In this document: positions 39,918 through 49,579 of the stretch, piece by piece
Position numbering within the stretch: position 1 is the stretch's first letter
Layout: each line of letters starts with the position of its first letter
Source of the DNA: an uncultured bacterium
GTDB taxonomy: Bacteria > CSSED10-310 > CAZUFC01
Direction of reading: 5' to 3'
DNA length: 64,000 nt
Assembly (NCBI GenBank): GCA_964619725.1
Contig: CAZUFC010000006.1
Location: 32,001-96,000, forward strand
Made by a program: the position numbers and the translations under genes
The notes under the pieces: model-generated
What the model was told of the DNA's origin: nothing
What the model saw: only the letters and a program-made list of their open reading frames with translations
The model's database searches: none

Positions 39918-40118
39918 CTTTAAATTCTGGTGACTAGCCGGCTTTTATCCGTAAAGAGCAAAACCGATCTCCCTTATTAAAATAATTGAAAATTTCAGAA
40001 AGAACAAGATTATCTTCGTAAAAATTTTGAATTTGATGAAACAGCTCCGGTGTAATTTTTCATCAGAGCTTGATATTTAAACATTTACGGTAAAAATGAC
40101 GGGACTGAAAAAATGGTC

Positions 40119-40964
40119 TCATTTGTCCTGCTTCGTTTTCTGGACCATTCCGATGACGTTGGGAACGGCCGGCGCACGATTATCGTCGCTTTTTGTTTCG
40201 ATTCCCAGCTCGTATCCTCCATGGAGCTCTTTTTCAAACTCTTTATGTTTGAAATACAACGAAGCTGTAGGGCCGCCTTCGAGGTACATCGCATTGTATA
40301 GAGAAATGGGCAGGGCCAAAAGAATATTAATGAAATCGTGAACAGAATAAGGGGACCTGGAAAAAATAAAAAGAACGTTTCCCTGTTTGTCTATTCCCAT
40401 AGCGGCGATGCTCCATTGTTCCTCCTGCCGGCTCCAGACGTTTTTCTGTTTCACCGTGACCATCCTGATATTTTGAATCAGCGTGTGATACTTGTCTTTC
40501 AGCTTCTCAAAAGGCTGGAATTCTCTATCGATGATCTGAATATCGGGAAGCGAAGAATCGATGGGATTAAAGGCCAGTACGGCTTTATTTTTACTGAGCC
40601 TGGGGTTGTTGTAGTGATCGTAATTTTTCATCAGTGAGACATGCGTCAGTCTGTCTTTTTGAAACATGCCGGCGTTGATCGCGGCGATCAAACCGAATTT
40701 TTCGCACCATTGTTTTGTTGTTTTGGGTTTCTGGTCGTGTTCTGAGGAGCAGAGCACTTTAAAGCTGTAAAAATCAGGATTTATTTTAAGGACGGTTACC
40801 GCGGAATCGCCCAGGATTGATTTTTGAGGCGCTTCGAATATTCCTATGTGCAGACCCTGATCGATTTTTTTCCAGTTTTTGGGGCCGTTTTGCCGTCCGT
40901 GGGCAAGCCCGGCCAAAACAAAAACGAGAAACAAAAGGCAATATTTTTTCGCTGAAGAGGACAT
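40119..40964 (-). CDS. Secreted phosphodiester glycosidase (NAGPA-like) family protein
   Basis: AINAGMF, AMYLEGG, VPNVIG; signal peptide. Confidence 0.75.
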   Translation of the reverse strand: MSSSAKKYCLLFLVFVLAGLAHGRQNGPKNWKKIDQGLHIGIFEAPQKSILGDSAVTVLKINPDFYSFKVLCSSEHDQKPKTTKQWCEKFGLIAAINAGMFQKDRLTHVSLMKNYDHYNNPRLSKNKAVLAFNPIDSSLPDIQIIDREFQPFEKLKDKYHTLIQNIRMVTVKQKNVWSRQEEQWSIAAMGIDKQGNVLFIFSRSPYSVHDFINILLALPISLYNAMYLEGGPTASLYFKHKEFEKELHGGYELGIETKSDDNRAPAVPNVIGMVQKTKQDK

Positions 40965-41017
40965 AAGGATATTGCGGAAAGAAAAGTCAAACCGCCCTCA
41001 TATTTAACTATACGGTT

Positions 41018-41506
41018 TTATTCTTCTTTTTCAAACGCCTCGAAGAGAGCATAAGAAGTTTCAATCATGCCGAGAGTCTTGTAAGTTTTTTGCGCTATGC
41101 GGTTAGATTTTTCGACGTAGAGGCGGAATCCGATGACCGTCAGATTCTGGTCAAAGGAATGCTTTTCAGCCGTTTTTTTAACGAACTGATAAAGCCTGCT
41201 GTACACTTTTTTTCTTCTGAATTCCGGAATCACATAAACGCTTTGTATCCACCAGAAAAGTCCGTTTCTCCAATCGCTCCATTCATAAGTAATCATGAGC
41301 GAGCCGACGATCTGACGGTTAGATTCAGCGACGATGTAGAAACCCCATTCGGGATGATTCATCAGGTTTTCGACGCCGGCTGAGATTGTTTTCCGGTCAA
41401 GGATTTTGTTTTCAGTTTCCTGGGCCATGCGGATATTGAAGTCGACGATTTTTTCGATTTCCCTCGAATTCTGTTTCGCTTTTCTGATGTTAAGTTCGGG
41501 CGGCAT
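41018..41506 (-). CDS. GNAT family N-acetyltransferase
   Basis: TYEWSDWRNG..WWIQSVYV..EFRR, RLYVEK.N..AQ.TY..LGM. Confidence 0.9.
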   Translation of the reverse strand: MPPELNIRKAKQNSREIEKIVDFNIRMAQETENKILDRKTISAGVENLMNHPEWGFYIVAESNRQIVGSLMITYEWSDWRNGLFWWIQSVYVIPEFRRKKVYSRLYQFVKKTAEKHSFDQNLTVIGFRLYVEKSNRIAQKTYKTLGMIETSYALFEAFEKEE

Positions 41507-41508
41507 GA

Positions 41509-41697
41509 TTAATTGAAGCAGGGATGTTTCAGTATGGGCGGATTAATGCTTCGAGCATCTGCCGGGAACATATCGAGTTCTTCAATACCGACGTCAGAAG
41601 AGACGATGGATATGTCCCTGCTCAATGAACAATACATCAAGGGCGACAAAGAAATTTTCTTCATGTTCCGAATTTTTATTTTCGTAATGAATTCCAT
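41509..41697 (-). CDS. Possible 62-aa hypothetical protein filling the operon gap
   Basis: GGAGGA SD in the end of the PHP gene; 2-4 nt spacing to both neighbours. Confidence 0.35.
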   Translation of the reverse strand: MEFITKIKIRNMKKISLSPLMYCSLSRDISIVSSDVGIEELDMFPADARSINPPILKHPCFN

Positions 41698-41701
41698 TGT
41701 C

Positions 41702-42373
41702 TTATTCCTCCAAATAACCCGCTTTTCTCAGGTAGTTCAGGCCGATGTTTCTTGCGTTCTGCAGTTCATATAGCGTATGCGCATCACTGTTGACCGTAAC
41801 TTGTTCGACCTTCGACAGCATAATCCGCAGGTTGTCCATGTCGGTCATGCCGTTGATGTAATAAGCGCAATTGAACTCCATGGGTATGCCGAATTCGTTG
41901 GCTGCTTCCGTAACCTTTTCTATATCCAGATATTCCTGGAAATAAACCGCACAGGGATGAGCCAGAAATTTTATTTTTCCGGCATGAAGGCGCATCGCAT
42001 TCAGATAGGCTTCGGTGATTGTGCGTTTATCGTCCTGGAAGGTGTTTTTATGAGCCGCCAGTATGACGAAATCCTGTATTCTGCCTTGAATGTCCATGGA
42101 AACCCGGCCTTGGGCGTTCAAAATATCCGCTTCCACACCGAAAATAATTTTTACGTCGTTGTATACGTTGCGCCAGCGGTCCAGCCCCCATCGATTGCAT
42201 TTTTTAGCGTAACCGTATGCATCCAGGTAGGCCTGAGAATGATCCGTTATCGCCAGCGTTTTTATTCTCATTTCTCCCGCAGCGCGAACAAGTTCGTCAA
42301 TGCCGTTGAAACCGTCGGAGAATGTAAATGAGTGACTGTGAAAATCTTCTTTTCCAGGATTGATGATAATCAT
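41702..42373 (-). CDS. PHP-domain phosphoesterase (YcdX-like)
   Basis: DFHSHS..SDG, AITDH, GVE, AHP, NSDAH. Confidence 0.88.
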   Translation of the reverse strand: MIIINPGKEDFHSHSFTFSDGFNGIDELVRAAGEMRIKTLAITDHSQAYLDAYGYAKKCNRWGLDRWRNVYNDVKIIFGVEADILNAQGRVSMDIQGRIQDFVILAAHKNTFQDDKRTITEAYLNAMRLHAGKIKFLAHPCAVYFQEYLDIEKVTEAANEFGIPMEFNCAYYINGMTDMDNLRIMLSKVEQVTVNSDAHTLYELQNARNIGLNYLRKAGYLEE

Positions 42374-44019
42374 CGATTCATAACCTCTTCATTTGTTATT
42401 TTATACTCTTTTTGCGCCTCTTTGTCTCCGGGACTGTATTTCAATGCCTTTTCGTAAGCATCGAGCGCCTTTTTCGTCATGCCCAAATGATACCTTATTC
42501 GTCCTAAATTAACCCAGGGATTCACATAGGGATCGGATAACAGCGGGTCCTCGTTCAACGCCTCTGTTAAATATTTCTCCGCTTTTTCCAACTCTCCTTT
42601 TTTTATGTAGGCCTTGGCCAAAGTATTCAGCGATCCTGCAGGATATTTTTTTCGAATGCCGCCGGGATCGGATATCCCCAGAGCAAAAAACAAAAGAAAA
42701 AATATCGCATAGACGGCTGTTTTTTTCTTTTCCGCCCGACGTATCATATCCTCAATAGAATCAAGAGCAAGTCCCGCAAAAATGAAGGCCGCCGGCATAC
42801 CGATCAATCGATACCGCGCCGTTACAAAAAAGAGTAGAAGCGTCGCTTCAGTCGAAATTATCATAATATAAACAGGACCCAAACTCCATTTTTTTCTGAA
42901 ACCCGCGCCTAACCCCAGGAGAGACAGCGGCAACACGAGAGCAGTAGTATTCAAAGTATGCTTCAGAATCCAGGAATAGCGTTCGGCGAAAAAGACATTG
43001 TCGCGATAATTCGTTATTTCAAAAGCATTAAGCGAATAAAGAAGTTTCATGAATTCGAGTTTCATCCAGTCCCAGGGATTGTTTTTGATGTAATGGAATG
43101 CCTTGCCGTACCAGAATGACGATATTTCCGAAGCCTTCATCTCACGTCCCGTTTCTTTTTCAGCCAGAATCTCCGCTGCAGCCAGCGTCATATCTTCATA
43201 TTGACCCTCTGTTCTGACGGATATGGGCGAGTGCGCCGAATGTCCGTCCGCATGCGGATTGTTTCCCAGATAAAAATTAATTCCTCCATGGGAAGATATG
43301 ATCACTATAGCGCCGCTTTTCACATAGTTCCTGATTGTAACCGGCAAAATCAGTAAAGAGAGTCCCAACCCATAAGCCAGGAACCGTTTTAATCGAATGG
43401 ACAAATTATTTCCACTGGAAGAGGAATATTTATTGAAAATGAGCCAGCAAGCGATCAGCGGAATTGCCGTCAGGACATTAGGCCGCCCGCATGCCGCAGC
43501 TCCGAAGCTCAAGCCCGCAATAAAGCAACGCATCGGCCCGGGTCGCCCGTCAGCTTTCAGAAGCATATACGTTCCCAGCATAACCAGCGGAAGGATAAAT
43601 CCTTCGATCAGCAATTCCCCTCCGATCATAATAAAAGCTCCATGTATGCCTGCCGCCAGTCCGGCCGACAGCGCCCATCTCCAGCGCATGAATTTCATAC
43701 TCGCCAAATACAGCAACACGGTCATGATCGATCCTAAAGTATGCTGTATTAATCGGGCTGCATTTGGCTGATGGCCGAATACACGGTAAACGCCCGCCAA
43801 AAAGTAGGGATAGACCGGTCCCCGTTCATACGGCGCTTCCGTCGGCCAATCTCCCTCCAATATCCCCATCGCTCGTGAATCATACCACAGGTCGTCCAAC
43901 TGAAATATCTCCATAAAAGGCGTATCGTGGGTCTGCCAGTGATAAGCTCCACGCCAGATCAGACTCCAAAAAAATATCAGAAGTCCTCCGTATAATATTT
44001 TTTTCTTCTTTCCGCTCAT
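42370..44019 (-). CDS. GT-C (PMT/GT39-like) membrane glycosyltransferase with C-terminal TPRs
   Basis: D..WYD..A, PVYPYFLA, RPN, GGINFYLGNNP, FFVTARYR, TPR tail. Confidence 0.85.
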   Translation of the reverse strand: MSGKKKKILYGGLLIFFWSLIWRGAYHWQTHDTPFMEIFQLDDLWYDSRAMGILEGDWPTEAPYERGPVYPYFLAGVYRVFGHQPNAARLIQHTLGSIMTVLLYLASMKFMRWRWALSAGLAAGIHGAFIMIGGELLIEGFILPLVMLGTYMLLKADGRPGPMRCFIAGLSFGAAACGRPNVLTAIPLIACWLIFNKYSSSSGNNLSIRLKRFLAYGLGLSLLILPVTIRNYVKSGAIVIISSHGGINFYLGNNPHADGHSAHSPISVRTEGQYEDMTLAAAEILAEKETGREMKASEISSFWYGKAFHYIKNNPWDWMKLEFMKLLYSLNAFEITNYRDNVFFAERYSWILKHTLNTTALVLPLSLLGLGAGFRKKWSLGPVYIMIISTEATLLLFFVTARYRLIGMPAAFIFAGLALDSIEDMIRRAEKKKTAVYAIFFLLFFALGISDPGGIRKKYPAGSLNTLAKAYIKKGELEKAEKYLTEALNEDPLLSDPYVNPWVNLGRIRYHLGMTKKALDAYEKALKYSPGDKEAQKEYKITNEEVMNR

Positions 44020-44308
44020 TGCCGTACTGCTTTCCCTGCCCGTCAAAGCATACCAGATAATGCCATGATCGCCAATATTAAACATGCCCAGGCCATTAGC
44101 ATCCTTTCGCACGTATATGCACAGCCATGCGTAAATCCGCATTCTGATGCAGTATTAAGGCAAATTAGCCGCTTGTGGACAGAAACTCGTCAGTGCCTGT
44201 CCGCAAATTAATTCCCGCACCGCGGGAATTAATAATAAATCAGTCCTGTATTTGTTTTGTTCAGCGTTTTTTTTTGGTAAATTATAAAATGAATTAAGGA
44301 GGGATACG

Positions 44309-44551
44309 TTGGAATTCAGCGAAACGTTAAAAATGAAGGCTGATAGAATATCGACGCTGATTCTGATGACTGAGATGCCGGAAAGCCTCATCATCAGAGA
44401 AATAAACAAGCTTCATGAATTCTGTTGCCGGCTTCATCCGGATAAAGCTGAACTGTTTGAGCTTATCTATGTGCGACGTTTCCTTCGTCTTTGGGAACAG
44501 TTCAGGGGAAAAGCGAATTTGTTGAAAATCCGGGTCGAGAGCGGCGTTTAA
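44309..44551 (+). CDS. Small hypothetical protein
   Basis: AGGAGG SD; ADRI..LIL...P...PDK.ELFELIY.RRF.RLWEQFR. Confidence 0.65.
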   Translation: MEFSETLKMKADRISTLILMTEMPESLIIREINKLHEFCCRLHPDKAELFELIYVRRFLRLWEQFRGKANLLKIRVESGV

Positions 44552-44670
44552 ACTGGCTTTGATGAAATGACGAGAGTTCTTTTTCGGCATTTTGATTTAA
44601 ACATTCGACCGGATTCGCCGATGAAAGCGCAGAGGAAGGCGAAACCCGTCAGTGAAAAGGAGGCGAAATA

Positions 44671-45510
44671 ATGATTAAGCCTGTTGCGTCAAAAAAAAGA
44701 GTACCGATATCGTGGCGAAAATTTCTTTCAGCATCTCTTTTGACCTTTATAATCATAGCATTAACGCCAGAAGGTTTGCAGTACCGGGTCGCGGCGGAAA
44801 ATACTTTAATCGTTCAGGGCGACTGTTACTGTAAATTTCTGCAGGATTCTATTACGGGAAAAGCGGAAAAGGAAAAAGCCGAAGGTGAAGCCGAATTCAA
44901 CCTTAAAGTAAATGGAAATGACCTGCAGGTAATGATTAGAACGGTTTCAGGGGAAGTAACCTGGGATTGGGACGTCGACAAGGAAAAACTCCGCGAAAGA
45001 ATCAGGGAATATTTTGAGAATGAAGGTATCTGCACGAGTTACGAGGTTATGACGTATGAAGTTGATTTTGACGACGGATCGGCTGAAGGAGAAGCGACGG
45101 TCAGAATTTCCGCTTTGGGGCTTTCGCAGGAACTGGAAATCGAAGATATAAGGATATACGGCGAAATAGAAGCGCTTGTACAACAGGCGGAAGAACAGGA
45201 AGATGAATTCACAGAAACCGACGTCAATGCCGATCAGATTGAATGGGATGAGGAAAGAATGTGTTCCGAAGCTTTACGCGTATTCCGTGAAAAAATTGAA
45301 GAATGCAATATCGAAACTTTCGAAAAGGATACGGCAGAGGGCGAAGTGAGAGTCAATCGATGTACGGGAAAAGTGACGGGGGATGTGAACATCACTCCCT
45401 GGGACGTTGAAATACGTTACGATAATATTCCCCTGACAGGCACGGTAAAATGGAATTGGAAAGAAGTCTGCGGAACAGAATTCTCTCAATATGCGATATG
45501 TAAGGAGTGA
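44671..45510 (+). CDS. Hypothetical exported acidic protein with internal repeats
   Basis: AGGAGG SD, N-terminal hydrophobic segment, three AEGE motifs. Confidence 0.65.
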   Translation: MIKPVASKKRVPISWRKFLSASLLTFIIIALTPEGLQYRVAAENTLIVQGDCYCKFLQDSITGKAEKEKAEGEAEFNLKVNGNDLQVMIRTVSGEVTWDWDVDKEKLRERIREYFENEGICTSYEVMTYEVDFDDGSAEGEATVRISALGLSQELEIEDIRIYGEIEALVQQAEEQEDEFTETDVNADQIEWDEERMCSEALRVFREKIEECNIETFEKDTAEGEVRVNRCTGKVTGDVNITPWDVEIRYDNIPLTGTVKWNWKEVCGTEFSQYAICKE

Positions 45511-45520
45511 CTTTTCTTTC

Positions 45521-47296
45521 TTATCTCCAGGGAACGTAGCTGAATGTAACGGAAGTGTAGGCGCCGAAAAGCCCCATTTCATCGGCATCGACCAACCCGG
45601 CATAGAATTTCAGTCCGTTGCCGGCGCCCGCATTCTCCGGCCAGTTGAATTCAAGGAGGATCAAGTCTTCAAGAGATTGCGGCTGGAGAATTTTGTATTC
45701 CGAATCAGGGGTGAGAGACCATTCGGGCCAGTAAAATAGCATGCCGTATACGTCCAGAATGACATAATCGTACACGGCCTTTGGAACGGAATGCGTATTC
45801 ACGGCTCTTTTTTGCAGCAGGAACAAGTCTTTCGGGTGAAACATGGTTTGATTTAAATTAAGGTAATTGCCGTCTTCATCCGGATAGACGGGTGTCGGCG
45901 TGAGTGTTCCCGGTCCCGGAGTGAAGGTATTGGACGGATAAGTGGGTGTACTTTGGCTTTGAGTCGGCGATGGAGTGGGAGTTCGGGTCGGCGTTTGAGT
46001 GTGCGCTCCAGTAGGGGTATCGGTTGGAGTGCGTGTAGGGGTTGAGCTTGGAACCGGAGTGTTGTCGCCATAGAATCCGTCGTCGAATCGGAGAACCCTG
46101 GAGCGTTTCATGTTGTTGCCGCCTGTAGTGAATCCTCTGTGACGATCTACAAAAGCCCCATACATGCAAGCTGCCGCCACGGAAATGGGGTCCCTGAACC
46201 AGGACGCACCTCCGTCGAGAGTGTGCAGAATCGCACATTGAACGTCAAAACCTCCCGCTCCGAATCCGAAAGCCCAGCCTTCATTCGGACCGACAAACAG
46301 AACATCCGATAATCCGTGTTGGTTGCTGGAGGGATAATAAACTTCCTGCCACGTTTGTCCCCCGTCGGTCGTATGCAGAAGCAAAGACGTCAGATCAGCC
46401 TCCGCAGAGACCCACCCGTTCTGTGAATTTTTAAAATACAAATCATTCAGATAAAAACGCCCGTAATCTTCATACTGCTGCTCCCAGCTCTGGCCGCCGT
46501 CCGTCGTATGCAATATGACCGCCTCATATTGTTCTGATTTATATCCGGGAATATACGCTTCAGCAGGCAAGCGCAAAGGTTCGGGGTCATTCTCGTATCT
46601 CTTGTATAAAGAATAAATGCTTCCGATTCCTTCCTCCTTCGTCTTTCGCTCTCCCTCAGCAGTCCCACAGGGAACAGGCGTAGGGTCCTCCGGCCACATA
46701 CCGCACGTCATCCATCCCTCATTCGCATTGATGAAATAAACATACCGCGGCGGAGGATAAGAAGAATCAACAGGATATCCATGCCATGAAATGCCTCCGT
46801 CAGTCGATCTCTTGACGCCGCTCTTGTTCACTAGTAATCCCCACGTGCCCACCATCCAGACATGCTGTGCATCCAGGGCATAAACCGATTGAAACACCGT
46901 GATCGTATGACTGAATTGAATCGGCAACCAGGTCGCTCCGCCGTCCGTTGTCCTCCCTCCAGCTCCTTCACTCGGAAAGCCTACCACCTTCGCTCCTGCT
47001 ACAAATCCCACCTGATCCGTTGCCATGTCCATGTCGACCAGGAATACCGATAAGTCCATCCCCGAATACTGCAGCGTGAAATTTTCGCCTCCGTCAGACG
47101 AAAAATGTATCTGATTGGTATTCGTCGCCTCATTCAATCCGCACAGCCATACCTTGTAGGGCGATGCGCAATCAATACTCAATGCGCTTAATCCCATTCC
47201 GAACTGATGCACTACCTGCCAGCCTTCCTGGGCATTGATACAGACGCCCCCCATTACGAGAAAAATACCTAAAACAGCGATTATGTGCCTGCTCAT
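45521..47296 (-). CDS. Secreted YCF48/BNR-repeat beta-propeller protein with shared C-terminal domain
   Basis: Six [ST].DGG..[WF] repeats; P/T linker; ILDVYG domain. Confidence 0.88.
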   Translation of the reverse strand: MSRHIIAVLGIFLVMGGVCINAQEGWQVVHQFGMGLSALSIDCASPYKVWLCGLNEATNTNQIHFSSDGGENFTLQYSGMDLSVFLVDMDMATDQVGFVAGAKVVGFPSEGAGGRTTDGGATWLPIQFSHTITVFQSVYALDAQHVWMVGTWGLLVNKSGVKRSTDGGISWHGYPVDSSYPPPRYVYFINANEGWMTCGMWPEDPTPVPCGTAEGERKTKEEGIGSIYSLYKRYENDPEPLRLPAEAYIPGYKSEQYEAVILHTTDGGQSWEQQYEDYGRFYLNDLYFKNSQNGWVSAEADLTSLLLHTTDGGQTWQEVYYPSSNQHGLSDVLFVGPNEGWAFGFGAGGFDVQCAILHTLDGGASWFRDPISVAAACMYGAFVDRHRGFTTGGNNMKRSRVLRFDDGFYGDNTPVPSSTPTRTPTDTPTGAHTQTPTRTPTPSPTQSQSTPTYPSNTFTPGPGTLTPTPVYPDEDGNYLNLNQTMFHPKDLFLLQKRAVNTHSVPKAVYDYVILDVYGMLFYWPEWSLTPDSEYKILQPQSLEDLILLEFNWPENAGAGNGLKFYAGLVDADEMGLFGAYTSVTFSYVPWR

Positions 47297-47513
47297 TTCT
47301 TCCGCCTCCCATTAATATTTCTTTCTTATTATAGTTACCCGTCTGCAAACCGTCAAACAAAAGCCTTCTTTTTCGATCCGGTTCGCCTGGCAGCGCCGAC
47401 GCTGTCGACCGCCGCCTAAAAGAGAAAATTTCGCCAAGCGCCCGGAAAATTAACGGATGGGAGCAATGTAATCATAAAAATTAAGGAACGGATCAGAAAT
47501 TTCGGAAACCATA

Positions 47514-47719
47514 TGACATTTTTTGTCAATATTGCGCAAAACGGCGAAACCAGTGACAATTATATTTCTCTTTAATTTCAGCAACTTAATTGAAACGGCA
47601 TGTAAAGACATGACAATTTACGTCACTCGGCCTGCCTCCCCGAAACAAGCCTAAATGGGTTAACCTACTGTATTTTCAATATATTGGTTCATTTGTTCGA
47701 AGCCGGCACAGTAATTGCT
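47514..47719 (+). promoter_or_regulatory. Sigma54 promoter with enhancer-like palindromes and IHF-like site
   Basis: GGCACAGTAATTGC (GG-N10-GC, 47705-47718); TGACA-N5-TGTCA 47514-47528; TGACA-N5-CGTCA 47611-47625; TTTCAATATATTG 47674-47686. Confidence 0.75.
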
Positions 47720-47781
47720 ATAAGTAAAGTCGCCTTTATCTTCCAAATGGCAGAATCAAAATAAAAAGGAGGTGACATTTA

Positions 47782-48255
47782 ATGAGAAGAGGCGACAAGG
47801 GTTTCACGTTGATCGAGTTATTGATCGTTGTAGCGATTATTGGAATTATTGCGGCGATAGCGATTCCCAGTCTTCTGAGGTCCCGTATGTCCGCAAATGA
47901 AGCGGCCGCAATGGGAGGCTTGAAGACCATCGCAGCCGGCGAGACCGACTACAACAACAACTCACTGCCCCACACGTTTACCGGCGAGCTGGCTTGCCTG
48001 GGATCCGGTAACGGAGCCGGCAGCGTAGCCTTCATCGATCCGGCGTTAAAAGCTGGTTTGAAATCAGGTTATACGTACGAGCTGACAGGCGGTACGCCGG
48101 TTGGCGGCAGCATTTGGACGTGGTCTGCGACGGCTTGGCCTGTTGTTTATCAGAGCACGGGAATCAGAACTTTCTACATTGACGAAAGTGGTGTGATTCG
48201 CGGTCAGGATATCGACGGAGTCATGGGCACAGTTGCATTACGTTCAGTAGAGTAG
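47782..48255 (+). CDS. pilA: Type IV pilin, probable major pilin
   Basis: KG/FTLIELLIVVAIIGIIAAIAIP prepilin motif; KSGY.Y, G.RTFYIDESGVIR; own promoter and terminator. Confidence 0.85.
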   Translation: MRRGDKGFTLIELLIVVAIIGIIAAIAIPSLLRSRMSANEAAAMGGLKTIAAGETDYNNNSLPHTFTGELACLGSGNGAGSVAFIDPALKAGLKSGYTYELTGGTPVGGSIWTWSATAWPVVYQSTGIRTFYIDESGVIRGQDIDGVMGTVALRSVE

Positions 48256-48274
48256 TCGTACCATTAATACCGGT

Positions 48275-48307
48275 AAAACGGCGACCGTCAGGTCGCCGTT
48301 TTTTTTT
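48275..48307 (+). terminator. Rho-independent terminator
   Basis: AAAACGGCGACC-GTCA-GGTCGCCG-T9. Confidence 0.9.
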
Positions 48308-48675
48308 GTCTAAAAATAATGAGCCGCTCGAAGAAAAGTAAAGGTTCTGGCGTGATAGATCGGACATGCGCCCAGCATCCGCTCTGCCGACATCAACGCC
48401 TGTCCTCAATGGCGTGTTCCGCGAACAAGTTTCAATCAGAAATTTCAAAAGCGGAACGTTTCATGATGAAACGCTTGATAAGGTATAATCATGCGAAGCG
48501 GCCGCTCTGCATCCAATTATAAATTATTGATAATAAAGTAAATTGGCGATATATTGAATTTTTTTTCAAGCCGTCGCCGGTTTTGTTTTGATTAAGGATG
48601 CGGTTTGAGGAAATAGCAGGAAACAATTTTTGTAGGGAAGTATAACAGGAACTTTTCAATGAAAGGAGTAACGCA

Positions 48676-48840
48676 ATGAGAAGATTATCAAGCGCGTTTT
48701 TACTGACGATTCTGCTGGGGTCGTCTGTGATGGCCGCGCCGGTGATTGAGCGTGCCGTAAATCAGGCTTGCAGTCAGAACGATTACGTCTTACAATTGGA
48801 ACCGGCTCGAACCGAAAAGCGTGTGCGAGCTATTGACTAA
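48676..48840 (+). CDS. 54-aa secreted small protein (below the ORF-track cutoff)
   Basis: AAAGGAG SD; MRRLSSAFLLTILLGSSVMA/APVIERAVNQACSQNDYVLQLEPARTEKRVRAID. Confidence 0.55.
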   Translation: MRRLSSAFLLTILLGSSVMAAPVIERAVNQACSQNDYVLQLEPARTEKRVRAID

Positions 48841-48864
48841 TGATTTATCTTAAAGGAGGGACAA

Positions 48865-49512
48865 ATGAAAATACTGCTTACGGGCTGCCTTATTTTTTCG
48901 ATGATGGGAACTTCAGCGGCATTCGGCTCAGAAGAGAATCCCGTCGTGGTCATCAAAACCAGCATGGGCGACATAACGGTCGAATTGAACAAGGAAAAAG
49001 CTCCTGTTACGGTAAAGAATTTTCTGCGCTATGTGGATGAGGATTTCTATGACGGTACGATTTTTCACCGGGTGATTCCGGGATTCATGATCCAGGGCGG
49101 CGGATTTGAAATCGACGAATCAGGTGAATTCGTGCAGAAGAAAACGCATGATCCCATAAAAAATGAGGCCGGGAATGGATTAACAAACGACAGGGGAACG
49201 ATCGCCATGGCGAGAACGTCGGTCGTCGACAGCGCCACCGCCCAATTTTTCATCAACGTGGTCGACAACGTTTTCCTGAATCATAAAAACGACACGCCCC
49301 GCGATTACGGTTATGCCGTATTCGGTAAAGTGATCGACGGGATGGATGTTGTGGATAAGATCAAAAGCGTTAAAACCGGCAGAAAAGGCCCGTTTCCTAA
49401 AGACGTTCCGCTTGAAACCGTGCTGATAAAGAGCATAAGCAGGAAAACAGCGGAGGCTGAACAAAAAGCCGGGGATAAAGAGAAGAAAATCAAAGAAACG
49501 AAAACGGAATAA
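48865..49512 (+). CDS. ppiA: Periplasmic cyclophilin-type peptidyl-prolyl isomerase
   Basis: [39 protein letters not shown]; signal peptide. Confidence 0.93.
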   Translation: MKILLTGCLIFSMMGTSAAFGSEENPVVVIKTSMGDITVELNKEKAPVTVKNFLRYVDEDFYDGTIFHRVIPGFMIQGGGFEIDESGEFVQKKTHDPIKNEAGNGLTNDRGTIAMARTSVVDSATAQFFINVVDNVFLNHKNDTPRDYGYAVFGKVIDGMDVVDKIKSVKTGRKGPFPKDVPLETVLIKSISRKTAEAEQKAGDKEKKIKETKTE

Positions 49513-49527
49513 CAAAAAAATAGATAT

Positions 49528-49567
49528 AAAAAACCGGGAAAAGTCGTCGACTTTTCCCGGTTTTTTT
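49528..49567. terminator. Bidirectional Rho-independent terminator
   Basis: A6-CCGGGAAAAGTC-GTC-GACTTTTCCCGG-T7 between convergent genes. Confidence 0.9.
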
Positions 49568-49579
49568 GTATTCGTTCGC

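Noticed and set aside
44614-44667. Alternative TTCGCC/GGCGAA pairings that could mask the SD
   Set aside because: Only 6-bp complementarity with no aptamer consensus; expected by chance
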